Positions 1 to 9,063 of a stretch of 36,435 bases of DNA are shown here, in pieces. The notes beneath the pieces are model-generated. The model was not told the DNA's origin. It was given only the letters and a program-made list of their open reading frames with translations, and searched no databases. Position 1 is the first letter of the stretch. Each line of letters begins with the position of its first letter. The stretch is from Gemmatimonadota bacterium (GTDB taxonomy: Bacteria > Gemmatimonadota > Gemmatimonadetes > Palauibacterales > Palauibacteraceae), in the NCBI GenBank assembly GCA_039588275.1, contig JBDHAC010000033.1, positions 1-36,435 on the forward strand. Direction: 5' to 3'. The translations under genes were made by a program, and so were the position numbers.

Positions 1-1308
1 CCAGATGTGGTGCGGCTGCAGGCCCCAGGTCGCCTGGATGAGCCAGCAGAGCCCGAGCGGCACGACGAGCTGGGAGATGATAGAGATATACAGCGGGCTG
101 CGGGTGTCGCCGGTCCCCTGGAGCCCCCCCGTGTACACGAGCGCGACCGTGATGAAGAAACCCGATGCGCTCAGGAACGCCAATAGCTGGACCCCGATGT
201 CGACCACGGCCGGATCCTCCATCCCGAAGGCTCCCAGCAGTATTCGCGGGATCGTGAGAAAGAGGATGCCCACCGCGGCGGCCACCGTGAGCCCGATCTG
301 GGAGGCGACATGTACGGCGTGCACGGTCCGATCGGGCTTTCCGGCGCCGAGATTCTGGCCGGCGACCGCGGCGGTCGCGCCCATGAGCCCGACCGATGTC
401 CAGGTGATGAGCGAGAAGAGCTCGGTATAGCCGACCGCGTACGCGGCCTGCGCCTCCGCACTCTGCTGGAGCGATCCGATGAACCGGAGGAGCAGAACGC
501 CGCCGATGTTCATGGCCACGCCCTGGAATCCCGCCGGGAGTCCGAATCGGAAGAGTGCCCGAATGATCGACCAATCCGGTCGGAAGCTCATCCCGCGGTG
601 GAGCGCGATGACCCAACGCCTCGAGAACAGTGCGTACGTCGCGTACAGCGTCATCACGCCGCCCGCGATCACCGTCCCCATCGCGGCCCCGGTCGTCCCG
701 AAGGCCGGGACGGGCCCCAATCCGGCGATAAGGACGACGTTGAGCACGATGTTGAGGACGGTCATCACGATGCCCAGACGCAGCGGCGTGCGCGCGTCCC
801 CCGCCGACCGAAGCGCCCCGCCGAGCATGAAGAAGACCATCATGCCGAAGCTGAACACGAACATGATACGCAGGTACGGCAGGGCCTCGACCTGCACCTC
901 GGGCGTGGCGTTCACGACATCCAGCAGCGTGGGTGCGAGGAAGTATCCGGCTGGCGCCAGAATCCCGACGGAAAGCACGGCAGCGGTCAGAAACGCCTGG
1001 TGGACGGTCCGGTTGACCTTCTCGGGGTCATCGGCGCCGGCAAAGCGCGCGACGAGCACGCCCATTCCGGTGAACAGCGACCCGATGAAGACCATGACCA
1101 CGAGAAAGATCTGCCACGACACCCCGATGGCGGCGTTCGCGGTGTAACCGACAAAGTTGCCGACCATCACGTGGTCTACGATGCCCTGCATCCCGCCGAT
1201 CACGTTCTGGAGCATCGTCGGCCACGCGAGCTTCCAAACGGCGCCCGGAATCGGCCCCTCGACGATCGAGCGGTCGAATGATTTTCCTTTGGGCGGAGCT
1301 GGGGGCAT
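1..1308 (-). CDS. MATE family efflux transporter (3' end runs off the window)
   Basis: Absent from the ORF track because it has no stop in the window. Manual minus-strand translation from ATG 1308 gives MPPAPPKGKSFDRSIVEGPIPGAVWKLAWPTMLQNVIGGMQGIVDHVMVGNFVGYTANAAIGVSWQIFLV, a typical MATE N-terminus followed by many hydrophobic segments. Confidence 0.9.
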   Translation of the reverse strand, partial: MPPAPPKGKSFDRSIVEGPIPGAVWKLAWPTMLQNVIGGMQGIVDHVMVGNFVGYTANAAIGVSWQIFLVVMVFIGSLFTGMGVLVARFAGADDPEKVNRTVHQAFLTAAVLSVGILAPAGYFLAPTLLDVVNATPEVQVEALPYLRIMFVFSFGMMVFFMLGGALRSAGDARTPLRLGIVMTVLNIVLNVVLIAGLGPVPAFGTTGAAMGTVIAGGVMTLYATYALFSRRWVIALHRGMSFRPDWSIIRALFRFGLPAGFQGVAMNIGGVLLLRFIGSLQQSAEAQAAYAVGYTELFSLITWTSVGLMGATAAVAGQNLGAGKPDRTVHAVHVASQIGLTVAAAVGILFLTIPRILLGAFGMEDPAVVDIGVQLLAFLSASGFFITVALVYTGGLQGTGDTRSPLYISIISQLVVPLGLCWLIQATWGLQPHHIW

Positions 1309-1519
1309 CGAGCGTGAGCGGGTGCTGGCAGGCTGCCGAAGGCCTGCATCGGGGTCGTCGATTGCGATCGCGAGCGACCGAACATAGCACGGCCGTGCCT
1401 CGCCCCGCAGCGCCCAGCCGGTCAGCGGCGACGGTCGATCAGGTGTTGACTAACTGAGCGACCCGCTCGGCTGTCATGCGGGCAGGCCGCAGTGGCTATC
1501 GAGACAAGGAGGCCGAGCC

Positions 1520-2167
1520 ATGAGGCGCCTACTTGCTATCTTCCTTGCGTTCACCGCATTCACCGCCGTGCCGTCGACCCCGGGTCGGGCCCAGGAGCCT
1601 GCCCAGGCGGAGGGTCTGGACAGACAGGTGCGGGAGTTCCTGGACGGCCACCGCCGGCAATGGCGTGACATGAACGTCCCCGAAGCGGACGGGCAGGCGT
1701 TATACGACCTGATCGTCGAGCACGGATTCACTCGAGCCCTCGAGGTCGGAACCTCGACCGGGCACTCGGCGATTTGGATCGCGTGGGCGCTCTCCAAGAC
1801 GGGCGGTTCGCTGACGACGATAGAGATCAACGAGCGACGGTATCGGGAAGCCCTCCAGAACTTCGAGGCCGCGGGCGTGAGCGACCACATCGACGCACGC
1901 CTCGCCGATGCGCACGAGCTCGTGCCGCGGCTCGAGGGCCCATACGACTTCGTGTTCGTGGACGCGGACAAGGACTGGTACACCCGCTACTTCCAGTTCC
2001 TGCTGCCGAAGCTCGACGACGAAGCGTGCTTCACGGCGCACAACGTGTCGGGCCGAATGCGAGGGATGGGCGGATTCCTGGACGAGCTGGAACGCACCCC
2101 CGGTCTGGAGACCGAGATCGTTCGCGCCAGTCGCTCCGGCCTGTCGGTGAGCTGCAAGACGCCCTAG
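1520..2167 (+). CDS. SAM-dependent O-methyltransferase (Methyltransf_3-like) with N-terminal signal peptide
   Basis: LEVGTSTGHS motif I, YDFVFVDADK motif, AGGAGG RBS, hydrophobic leader ending GRA-QE. Confidence 0.9.
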   Translation: MRRLLAIFLAFTAFTAVPSTPGRAQEPAQAEGLDRQVREFLDGHRRQWRDMNVPEADGQALYDLIVEHGFTRALEVGTSTGHSAIWIAWALSKTGGSLTTIEINERRYREALQNFEAAGVSDHIDARLADAHELVPRLEGPYDFVFVDADKDWYTRYFQFLLPKLDDEACFTAHNVSGRMRGMGGFLDELERTPGLETEIVRASRSGLSVSCKTP

Positions 2168-2206
2168 CTGCGCCGCTCGAGCGGTTCTCCGAGGGAAGCG
2201 TCGCGC

Positions 2207-3643
2207 GTGGACTCCGTACGGGACGGGCCGCGGAACCCCCTGCTCGGGCGGGTTTCGGCGTTCACGGCCGCCTGCCTGCTCGTGTCGAACATGATCGGCA
2301 CGGGCATCTTCGGCACCACGGGGTTCATGGCCCTCGATCTCGGCAGCCCGTCGTGGATCCTGTCGCTGTGGGCGGTCGGGGGCCTGTTCGCCCTGCTGGG
2401 AGCTCTCGCGTACGGTGAGCTCGGTGCAGCCATGCCGCGATCGGGCGGGGAATACATCTACATCCGCGCGGCGTACGGCCCTCTGTTGGGGTTTCTCAGC
2501 GGCTGGACCTCGCTGACCATCGGATTCAGCGCCGCCATCGCGAGCAGTGCCCACCTGTTCGCCGGCCACCTCCTCGAGCTGGTCGCCGCTCTTCGTCCGC
2601 CGACGGCCGCCGGTCAGTCCGCAGCCCTCGAGCCTCCGGGCTCGCGCGCGCTGCTCGCTCTCGGATTGGTGTGGGCCCTCACGCTGGTGCACGCCTCCAG
2701 CGTGGAGAGGGGCGGGCTCCTGCAGCGTATCCTCACGGTCGTGAAGGTGGCTGCGCTGCTCATCCTCGTCGTCGCGGGGTTGACTATCGGAGCCGGGGAG
2801 TGGGGACGCTTCGTCCAGTCGGACCAACCGGCGTCTCCGAGCCTTCAGACCGTACTCGTCTCGTTCATGTTCGTGACGTTCAGCTACACCGGTTGGAACG
2901 CCGCCAGCTACATCGCCGGGGAGATCGAATCGCCAAGTCGCAATCTCCCCCGCGCGATGCTGCTGGGCACGCTGACCGTCGGGGCGCTCTATCTGCTCGT
3001 GAACGTGACGTACCTGTACGCGCTGCCGATGTCGGCGCTAGGGTCGCCTCCGATGGATCTGGTGGGTCACAAGAGCGCCTTCGCTCTCTTCGGTGGTGCG
3101 ATCGGCCCGTGGTTCACGGCCCTGCTGCTGGTGTCGATCCTCGGCGCGGCCAGCGCGATGATCTGGGCCGGGCCACGGATATATCAGGCCATGGCGCAGG
3201 ACCACGTGTTCCCCCGGTGGTTTGCCGGATCATCGGCGAGGGGCGGCGTGCCGGCGCGCTCGATTTTCCTCCAGAGCGCTTGGACCAGCGTCCTGATCGT
3301 CAGCGGCACGTTCGAGTCCCTCGTGCTCTACGCGACCTTCGTGCTGATCGTGTTTACGGCGGTAGCCGTCTCTGCGGTGTTCGTGCTGCGACGCCGCGTG
3401 CCCGAGCTGGAGCGGCCTTACAGGGTGTGGGGATATCCCTGGACACCGGCACTGTATCTGCTGATCTCGATCGCGATCCTGTGGGCGGCGCTCCAGCTGC
3501 GCCCGGTGGAGTCGCTCCTCGGGGTCGCGACCGTGCTGGCGGGGATTCCGTTCTTCCTGTGGTGGAGTCGCGGGACCGGGAGAGCCGGGATCCGGAACGC
3601 TGACCCGACTAGCGAGAGGTCAGTACCGCGGAACTCCGGCTGA
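2207..3643 (+). CDS. APC family amino acid permease
   Basis: NMIGTGIF, YGELGAAMPRSGGEY, FSYTGWN and RPYRVWGYP motifs; about 12 TM segments. Confidence 0.93.
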   Translation: MDSVRDGPRNPLLGRVSAFTAACLLVSNMIGTGIFGTTGFMALDLGSPSWILSLWAVGGLFALLGALAYGELGAAMPRSGGEYIYIRAAYGPLLGFLSGWTSLTIGFSAAIASSAHLFAGHLLELVAALRPPTAAGQSAALEPPGSRALLALGLVWALTLVHASSVERGGLLQRILTVVKVAALLILVVAGLTIGAGEWGRFVQSDQPASPSLQTVLVSFMFVTFSYTGWNAASYIAGEIESPSRNLPRAMLLGTLTVGALYLLVNVTYLYALPMSALGSPPMDLVGHKSAFALFGGAIGPWFTALLLVSILGAASAMIWAGPRIYQAMAQDHVFPRWFAGSSARGGVPARSIFLQSAWTSVLIVSGTFESLVLYATFVLIVFTAVAVSAVFVLRRRVPELERPYRVWGYPWTPALYLLISIAILWAALQLRPVESLLGVATVLAGIPFFLWWSRGTGRAGIRNADPTSERSVPRNSG

Positions 3644-3646
3644 TCC

Positions 3647-4303
3647 TCAAGCGTCCTCGTCGCCGTGACGCATGCGGTCGAACGGCTGAACCACGGTCGA
3701 GGCGATGTTGCTCATGTGCGAGGCGATACGGCGGAAGATCTTGGCCGCCGACGCGTACACGACCGCCATGTCCGCGCTGAGGTCGCTCGCCGCCACGCGC
3801 TTGGTGAAATCGATGAGCTGCGGCCGCAGCTCCTGTTGGGTGGCGATCACCTGCTGGGCCAACTCGAGATCGTCCTCGCGAAACGCCTGCTCGCACACCT
3901 CGAACATCGGCCGCAGGCGTTGCGCCAGGTCGCGGAGCTCGTCGGCGAAAGGCCCGACGCGCGGCTTCCTGGCGAGGGGTGCGATCTCGGCCAGTCCCCG
4001 CGCGAAGTCGCCGATCCGCTCCGCATCCTGAACCATACTGACCAGGATGAGGCTGGTCACGAGATCCTGCTGCGGGTTGACGCTCAAGTGCTGGAGGATC
4101 GTGCGGCGGACCATCCGCTCGCCCTCGTCGACGACATCGTCCATGCTGTCGAGGTCGACCTCCAGCTCCGCGTTCTCGAGCAGCGCGGCGACCGCGTAGT
4201 CGAGCATACGGGCCGCCTGGCGGAACATGCTGCTGACGTCTTCAAAGGCGGCCTCGACGAGGGTGGATCTCTCTTCAGATCCGAGCAGTCGCTTGAGCAT
4301 CAC
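3647..4303 (-). CDS. PhoU-domain protein
   Basis: Two PhoU-like helical repeats (DDVVDEGE...DAERIGD; RRIASHMSNIA); directly downstream of a Na/Pi symporter. Confidence 0.85.
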   Translation of the reverse strand: MMLKRLLGSEERSTLVEAAFEDVSSMFRQAARMLDYAVAALLENAELEVDLDSMDDVVDEGERMVRRTILQHLSVNPQQDLVTSLILVSMVQDAERIGDFARGLAEIAPLARKPRVGPFADELRDLAQRLRPMFEVCEQAFREDDLELAQQVIATQQELRPQLIDFTKRVAASDLSADMAVVYASAAKIFRRIASHMSNIASTVVQPFDRMRHGDEDA

Positions 4304-4340
4304 AAACTCCTTACACCCAGACTTACACCACAGGCTTCGG

Positions 4341-5441
4341 TCAGATCACGCCTGTGAGAAGCAAGAGGACGAAGGGTAGACCGTAAAAGAAGAGCAGGAT
4401 GTATACGCCCGCCAGCGCGCGTCTCCTGCTCGCCAGGCGTCCAAGGAAGCGAGCGCCCGCCAACGGCAACGCGCGTATCGGCTTCGGCATGTAGATGAGC
4501 AGCGCACCGGTCATGTTGAACAGCAGGTGCGAGAAAGCCACGGCCACGGCTGCCGGATTCCCCGTGCTCAGAGCCGCGAGCATCGCGGTGATCGTTGTTC
4601 CGATGTTCGCGCCGATCGTGTATGGGAAGAGCTGCTCGAGCGTGACGACACCGGCACCCACCAGGGGGATCATGACCGACGTCGTGATCGAGCTGCTCTG
4701 TACCATGACCGTCATCACGAGCCCCGCCAGGACCGCGGCGGCTAGCGAACGGAACAACGTGCGGTGCAGGAGGGACTCGGCCTGCGCGGTCATTGCTCGT
4801 TTGAGAAGATCCACGAGCAGCTTCAGGCTCGCGATCAGGAGCAGCACTCCGAGGGCCAGCGTCAGACCGCCCGATTGCCCCAACAGCTCGGCGAACCACT
4901 CGGCGACGGGACGTACGACGGCTCGTAGCGGGTTGAACAGCTGGATACCACCGACCCCCTCCAGCACCCCCTCGAGGAAGAGGGACGCGCGGGCCAGATA
5001 CCCAGTGGCCATCTCGATGGGGAGCAGGACCAGAACGGCCAGCCAGTTGAAGAGATCGTGCAGGGTCGCCCCGGCGAACGCGCGCTCGAACTCCACTCTC
5101 CGAGTCACGTGGGCCATCGACACCAGCGTATTGGTCACCGACGTGCCGATGTTGGCACCCATGATGATCGGTATCGCGCCCTCGATGGTGAGCGCGTCTG
5201 CGGCCACCAAACCGACGGTCATCGACGTGGTCGTCGACGAGCTCTGCACGAGTGTCGTGGCGAGGATGCCGGCGAACAGCCCCACGAACGGATTGGCGGT
5301 CTGCTCGACGAGCGTTTCCGCGAAGCCTCGGCCGAACAGCTTGAACGCGAGGCCCATCAGATCGAGCCCGACGAAGAAGGCGTAAAGAAGTCCCAGCAGG
5401 GCCAGAAGGAGAAGGACCGTGGTGCTCCGGCGTCCGCTCAT
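4341..5441 (-). CDS. Na/Pi cotransporter (NptA/SLC34-like)
   Basis: Two QSSS repeats (LVQSSSTTTS, MVQSSSITTS) and two GANIGT motifs. Confidence 0.93.
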   Translation of the reverse strand: MSGRRSTTVLLLLALLGLLYAFFVGLDLMGLAFKLFGRGFAETLVEQTANPFVGLFAGILATTLVQSSSTTTSMTVGLVAADALTIEGAIPIIMGANIGTSVTNTLVSMAHVTRRVEFERAFAGATLHDLFNWLAVLVLLPIEMATGYLARASLFLEGVLEGVGGIQLFNPLRAVVRPVAEWFAELLGQSGGLTLALGVLLLIASLKLLVDLLKRAMTAQAESLLHRTLFRSLAAAVLAGLVMTVMVQSSSITTSVMIPLVGAGVVTLEQLFPYTIGANIGTTITAMLAALSTGNPAAVAVAFSHLLFNMTGALLIYMPKPIRALPLAGARFLGRLASRRRALAGVYILLFFYGLPFVLLLLTGVI

Positions 5442-5543
5442 CGCTTCGCCCCGAACCCTGTGCTGCTGATCTCACACTCCCTTCGACAAGAAGGTGCGCC
5501 GGCACGTCCCGGCTCGACTCTCTCGGCGCTGAAACGGCGGCAA

Positions 5544-5561
5544 TGTAACGAGGTGGTTACA
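5544..5561. promoter_or_regulatory. Putative transcription-factor site (TGTAAC-N6-GTTACA), possibly a Pho box
   Basis: Perfect AT-rich inverted repeat in a GC-rich divergent intergenic region. On the minus strand GTAAC and GTTAC are 11 nt apart, upstream of the Na/Pi symporter and phoU-like genes. Confidence 0.5.
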
Positions 5562-5695
5562 AAGTCGATACGGACAAAGTCGGCCACCTGGCGCATGTAG
5601 GGATTTCCCCGACATGACAACGCGAAGTGGCCTACATAGGCTAAACGGTGACCGCAATCCGAGTGCACCCCGCGGCCCCAATAGCAGGAGGTTCC

Positions 5696-6733
5696 ATGGA
5701 CCGGAGAGCGTTCGTAAAGAGCACGGCCGGCCTGAGCGGTGCCGCGCTGACGGCGCCCTTCGTCGACGCCGCCGGGATGTTGGAACACATGGGCTCGAGT
5801 GCGCGTGAGCCCTCTGCGGTCAAGGGCTCTGCAGCGTCACGTGTGGCCTTCGTCAAGACCACGGACCGGGCAGCGGGGGTCCGCCGCGCGCTGGAGCTCC
5901 TCGACTTCGATTCGCTGCGGGGGACGGACCTGTTCCTCAAACCGAACTTCAATAGCCATCACGACACTCCCGGCTCGACCCACAACGAAACCCTCGCCAC
6001 CCTGGTTCAGGCCCTTCGATCCCGAGGTGCCGCCCGCATCACGGTCGGCGATCGCTCCGGCATGGGTGACACGCGCGGAGTCATGGAGCGCAAGGAGGTC
6101 TTCCGGATGGCGGAGGACCTGAGCTTCGAGACGATCGTATTCGATGAGCTGGACGAGACGGGCTGGGAGTTGAAGCGCCAGGATGACAGCCATTGGGACG
6201 CCGGCTTCGCGCTACCCCGCCGGGTCCTCGAGGCGGACGGCGTGGTTCAGACCTGCTGCCTCAAGACGCATCAGTTCGGGGGGCACTTCACGATGGCGCT
6301 CAAGAACTCGGTTGGCCTGGTGGCAAAGCAGCTTCCCGGAGAAGCACACGACTACATGCGGGAGCTGCACCGATCGCCGGATCAGCGGCGGATGATCGCC
6401 GAGATCAACGCGGCGTACCGGCCCGACATGATCGTCTTGGATGGGGTGGAGGCGTTCGTGGACGGAGGGCCTCACAGCGGCACCAGAGTGACGGCGGAGG
6501 TGGTGCTCGCGGGCACCGACCCCGTCGCGATCGATGCCGTGGGGGTCGCGCTTCTGCGTCACTACGGTACGACCCCCGAGGTGAGCCGGGGACGGATCTT
6601 CGAGCAGGAGCAGATCGCCCGCGCCGTCGAGTTGGGTTTGGGTGTGAGCGCTCCGGACCAGATCGAGTTGGTGACCGAGGACTCGGCGAGCCGTGCTTAC
6701 GCGCAGCGGATCAGGGAGGTGCTCCTGGCCTAG
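5696..6733 (+). CDS. DUF362 domain protein with Tat signal peptide
   Basis: AGGAGG RBS before MDRRAFVKS (twin-arginine); LKPN, CLKTH...FTMALKNSVG and DPVAID motifs. Confidence 0.88.
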   Translation: MDRRAFVKSTAGLSGAALTAPFVDAAGMLEHMGSSAREPSAVKGSAASRVAFVKTTDRAAGVRRALELLDFDSLRGTDLFLKPNFNSHHDTPGSTHNETLATLVQALRSRGAARITVGDRSGMGDTRGVMERKEVFRMAEDLSFETIVFDELDETGWELKRQDDSHWDAGFALPRRVLEADGVVQTCCLKTHQFGGHFTMALKNSVGLVAKQLPGEAHDYMRELHRSPDQRRMIAEINAAYRPDMIVLDGVEAFVDGGPHSGTRVTAEVVLAGTDPVAIDAVGVALLRHYGTTPEVSRGRIFEQEQIARAVELGLGVSAPDQIELVTEDSASRAYAQRIREVLLA

Positions 6734-6777
6734 GCGGGGGGCGGGCCGGCCGCGATGTCTCAGCCGCTCGCTCAGGA

Positions 6778-8616
6778 TCAGGCGCTGGCCGCCTTCCGGC
6801 GCAGTTCGGGGCCCGGGCGCCAGATCCAGGCCTGCGGCACGCCCTCGCGCAATAGACTCTCGAGATCCGTGACGTTGACCGGTTCCGAGAAATAAAAGCC
6901 CTGGACCAGCCGTCCCCCCAGTTCCCGCAGACGCTCCAGTTGCGTGGGCTCTTCCACCCCCACGACCGTGATCTCCAACCCGAGGAGCTGGGCGAGCCAC
7001 AGACTGCTCCGAACGATCGCCGCCGACGCTTGGTCGACACCGATCGGGAGGACGAATGACCGGTCGACCTTCAGGCCGTCCACGTCAACCTGCTTCAAGT
7101 ACCCGAGCGACGAATAGCCGGTGCCGAAGTCGTGGATGGTCACCCTCACCCCGAGCTCCTTCAGGTCGGCGATCTGCTGCGCGGAGCCACGGATCGCGTC
7201 TTCGGAGACGTCGACCTTCAGGCTGCTTGCCGGGAACCGTTCCTCTTTCAGGATGCGGCGGATATCCTCGACGAGCTTCTCGTCAGCCAGGTGCTGCGGG
7301 GAGAGATTGACGCTCAGGGTGAATCCCTTGCTCTTGATCGCGCCGGCCTGAGCCAGTCGCCGGATGTCTCGACACGCTCTTTCCAGCACCCGGAGGTCGA
7401 CCTGTGTCACGATGCCCGAGTCTTCCGCGAGCGGGATGAAGCGGTTGGGGGAAACGACCCCGTGTTCCAGGTGTTGCCATCGCGCCAGGGCTTCAACCCC
7501 GACGATCTGGCTTCCGGCGATATCGACGACGGGTTGGTAGTGGACGTACAGCTCGTCTCGCTCGATGGCGCGGAGCAGGTCTCCCTCGAGATGTTTCAGC
7601 GATTCCGAGCGCGCCACTTCGAGTTCCTGCGTGTACAGCTTGTGCCGGTTTCCGCCTCGCCGTTTGGCCTCGTACATGGCCACATCTGCCTGTCGAACGA
7701 GGTCTTCCGGCCTGTTCGTGTCGGGAGAGCTCACGGCGAGGCCGACGCTGGCGCTGATATCGAAGTTCCTCCCGTCGCTCCGGAAGGGCTGGCTCAAGAG
7801 CTCCGCCGCGCGCTCCGCGACGCTGACCGCGCCGTCGCTGTCCTCCACATCTTCGAGCAGAACCGCGAACTCGTCACCTCCGACTCGAGCCACGGTGTCC
7901 TCGTCACGTAGGAGGCCTCGGAGTCTCGTAGCCACTTCCCGCAGGACTTCGTCGCCCGTCGGGTGTCCGGCCCGGTCGTTGATGGCCTTGAAGCCATCCA
8001 GATCCAGGTACAGGAGGCCCACGCGTCCACCGCGCCGGGTCGCGCGTCGCAACGCCTGCTCGAGACGGTCGGAGAACAGATCTCGGTTCGCGACTCCGGT
8101 CAGGTGATCGTGGAGGGCGCGAGTCAGCTGATTCTCCAGTTCCTTTTGCAGCGTGATGTTCCGCACGATCTGGTAGGCGCCGACCGTCTTACCATTCACG
8201 ATGATCGGGACGATGGTGAGCTCGATCGCGACGTTGTGCCCGTCCTTCGGGAGCAGCTCGGTCTCGACCTTTGTCGGCTCACCCTCGAAGGCCTCCCTCA
8301 AGGCCGCGCTCACCATTCCGCGATCGTCGGAGGCGATGAGGGAAGCGAACGAGATCCCTTCGACCTCCTTCTCGTCGTACTTGGATAGCTGACAAAAGGC
8401 CGGGTTCACCCGCTCGACCGAGCCGTGTGCATCCACGGCGGCGACGGGGTCGCCATTCCTGAACAACGACTGGTACCGCTTCGTCGCGACCCTCCCGCGC
8501 CTCGTCTCCCTCGAGAGTTGGATCCGCCAGACGACCAGCGCGAGCGCGAGCAAGATGATGAACACGCCTTCCGTGTCACCGAAGAACTCGGGAAGGGGGG
8601 CCATGAAGCCGATCAT
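6778..8616 (-). CDS. Membrane-anchored PAS-GGDEF-EAL protein (EAL degenerate); start uncertain (8604/8616/8706)
   Basis: N-terminal TM, PAS domain, HDHLTGVANR, RDED I-site, ARVGGDEF, EALARW, HDFGTGYSS, QGFYFS. Confidence 0.92.
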   Translation of the reverse strand: MIGFMAPLPEFFGDTEGVFIILLALALVVWRIQLSRETRRGRVATKRYQSLFRNGDPVAAVDAHGSVERVNPAFCQLSKYDEKEVEGISFASLIASDDRGMVSAALREAFEGEPTKVETELLPKDGHNVAIELTIVPIIVNGKTVGAYQIVRNITLQKELENQLTRALHDHLTGVANRDLFSDRLEQALRRATRRGGRVGLLYLDLDGFKAINDRAGHPTGDEVLREVATRLRGLLRDEDTVARVGGDEFAVLLEDVEDSDGAVSVAERAAELLSQPFRSDGRNFDISASVGLAVSSPDTNRPEDLVRQADVAMYEAKRRGGNRHKLYTQELEVARSESLKHLEGDLLRAIERDELYVHYQPVVDIAGSQIVGVEALARWQHLEHGVVSPNRFIPLAEDSGIVTQVDLRVLERACRDIRRLAQAGAIKSKGFTLSVNLSPQHLADEKLVEDIRRILKEERFPASSLKVDVSEDAIRGSAQQIADLKELGVRVTIHDFGTGYSSLGYLKQVDVDGLKVDRSFVLPIGVDQASAAIVRSSLWLAQLLGLEITVVGVEEPTQLERLRELGGRLVQGFYFSEPVNVTDLESLLREGVPQAWIWRPGPELRRKAASA

Positions 8617-9063
8617 GGACGGAAGTCGCCCTGCGGACGGGGGATCCCCCAGTCCGGGTGAAACGAACGGCTCTCGATCTCGACCTCTGCCGAAGCCCAT
8701 CGCCACCAGGTGTGAATTCTCTCTCGGACGCTGTTGACAAATGTTCGTGCCGCATTAAGCGCGCCGATGCACCGACCTGCGGGCGACCTCCGGATATGGG
8801 ACCGCTTTCCTCATGGGATGGAAGAGGTTGCGGTGATAATGGAGGTGGGGGTCATTCTGTCGGGTGCCGCATTGCGCGAGAGTGGGGGGCAGCGTGCATT
8901 TTTTCCCAAAACGAGTGGATCCAGGGCAAGACGTAGGTTCGCGGGTGCGTCGACTGTCCGCGGCGGACAACCGTGTGGGGAGCCTGGGCTGTCAACCGGA
9001 CGGACCACCACGGTACTCGTCCTCGACGATAACCGACCGAACCTCACGAGAGGGAGGAGTCCA

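Noticed and set aside
310..1281. 323-aa plus-strand ORF and similar long shadow ORFs (1700-2827, 4300-5505, 14548-15882, 16543-18165, 27993-29336, 31839-33002)
   Set aside because: They are antisense or out-of-frame shadows of well-supported genes, rich in Arg/His/Gly/Pro as expected in high-GC DNA, with no motifs.
8734..9063. 110-aa N-terminal extension of the serine hydrolase, and a TTGACA -35 box at 8734
   Set aside because: GTG 9064 has a strong RBS and gives a proper signal peptide; no convincing -10 at 16-18 nt from the TTGACA.
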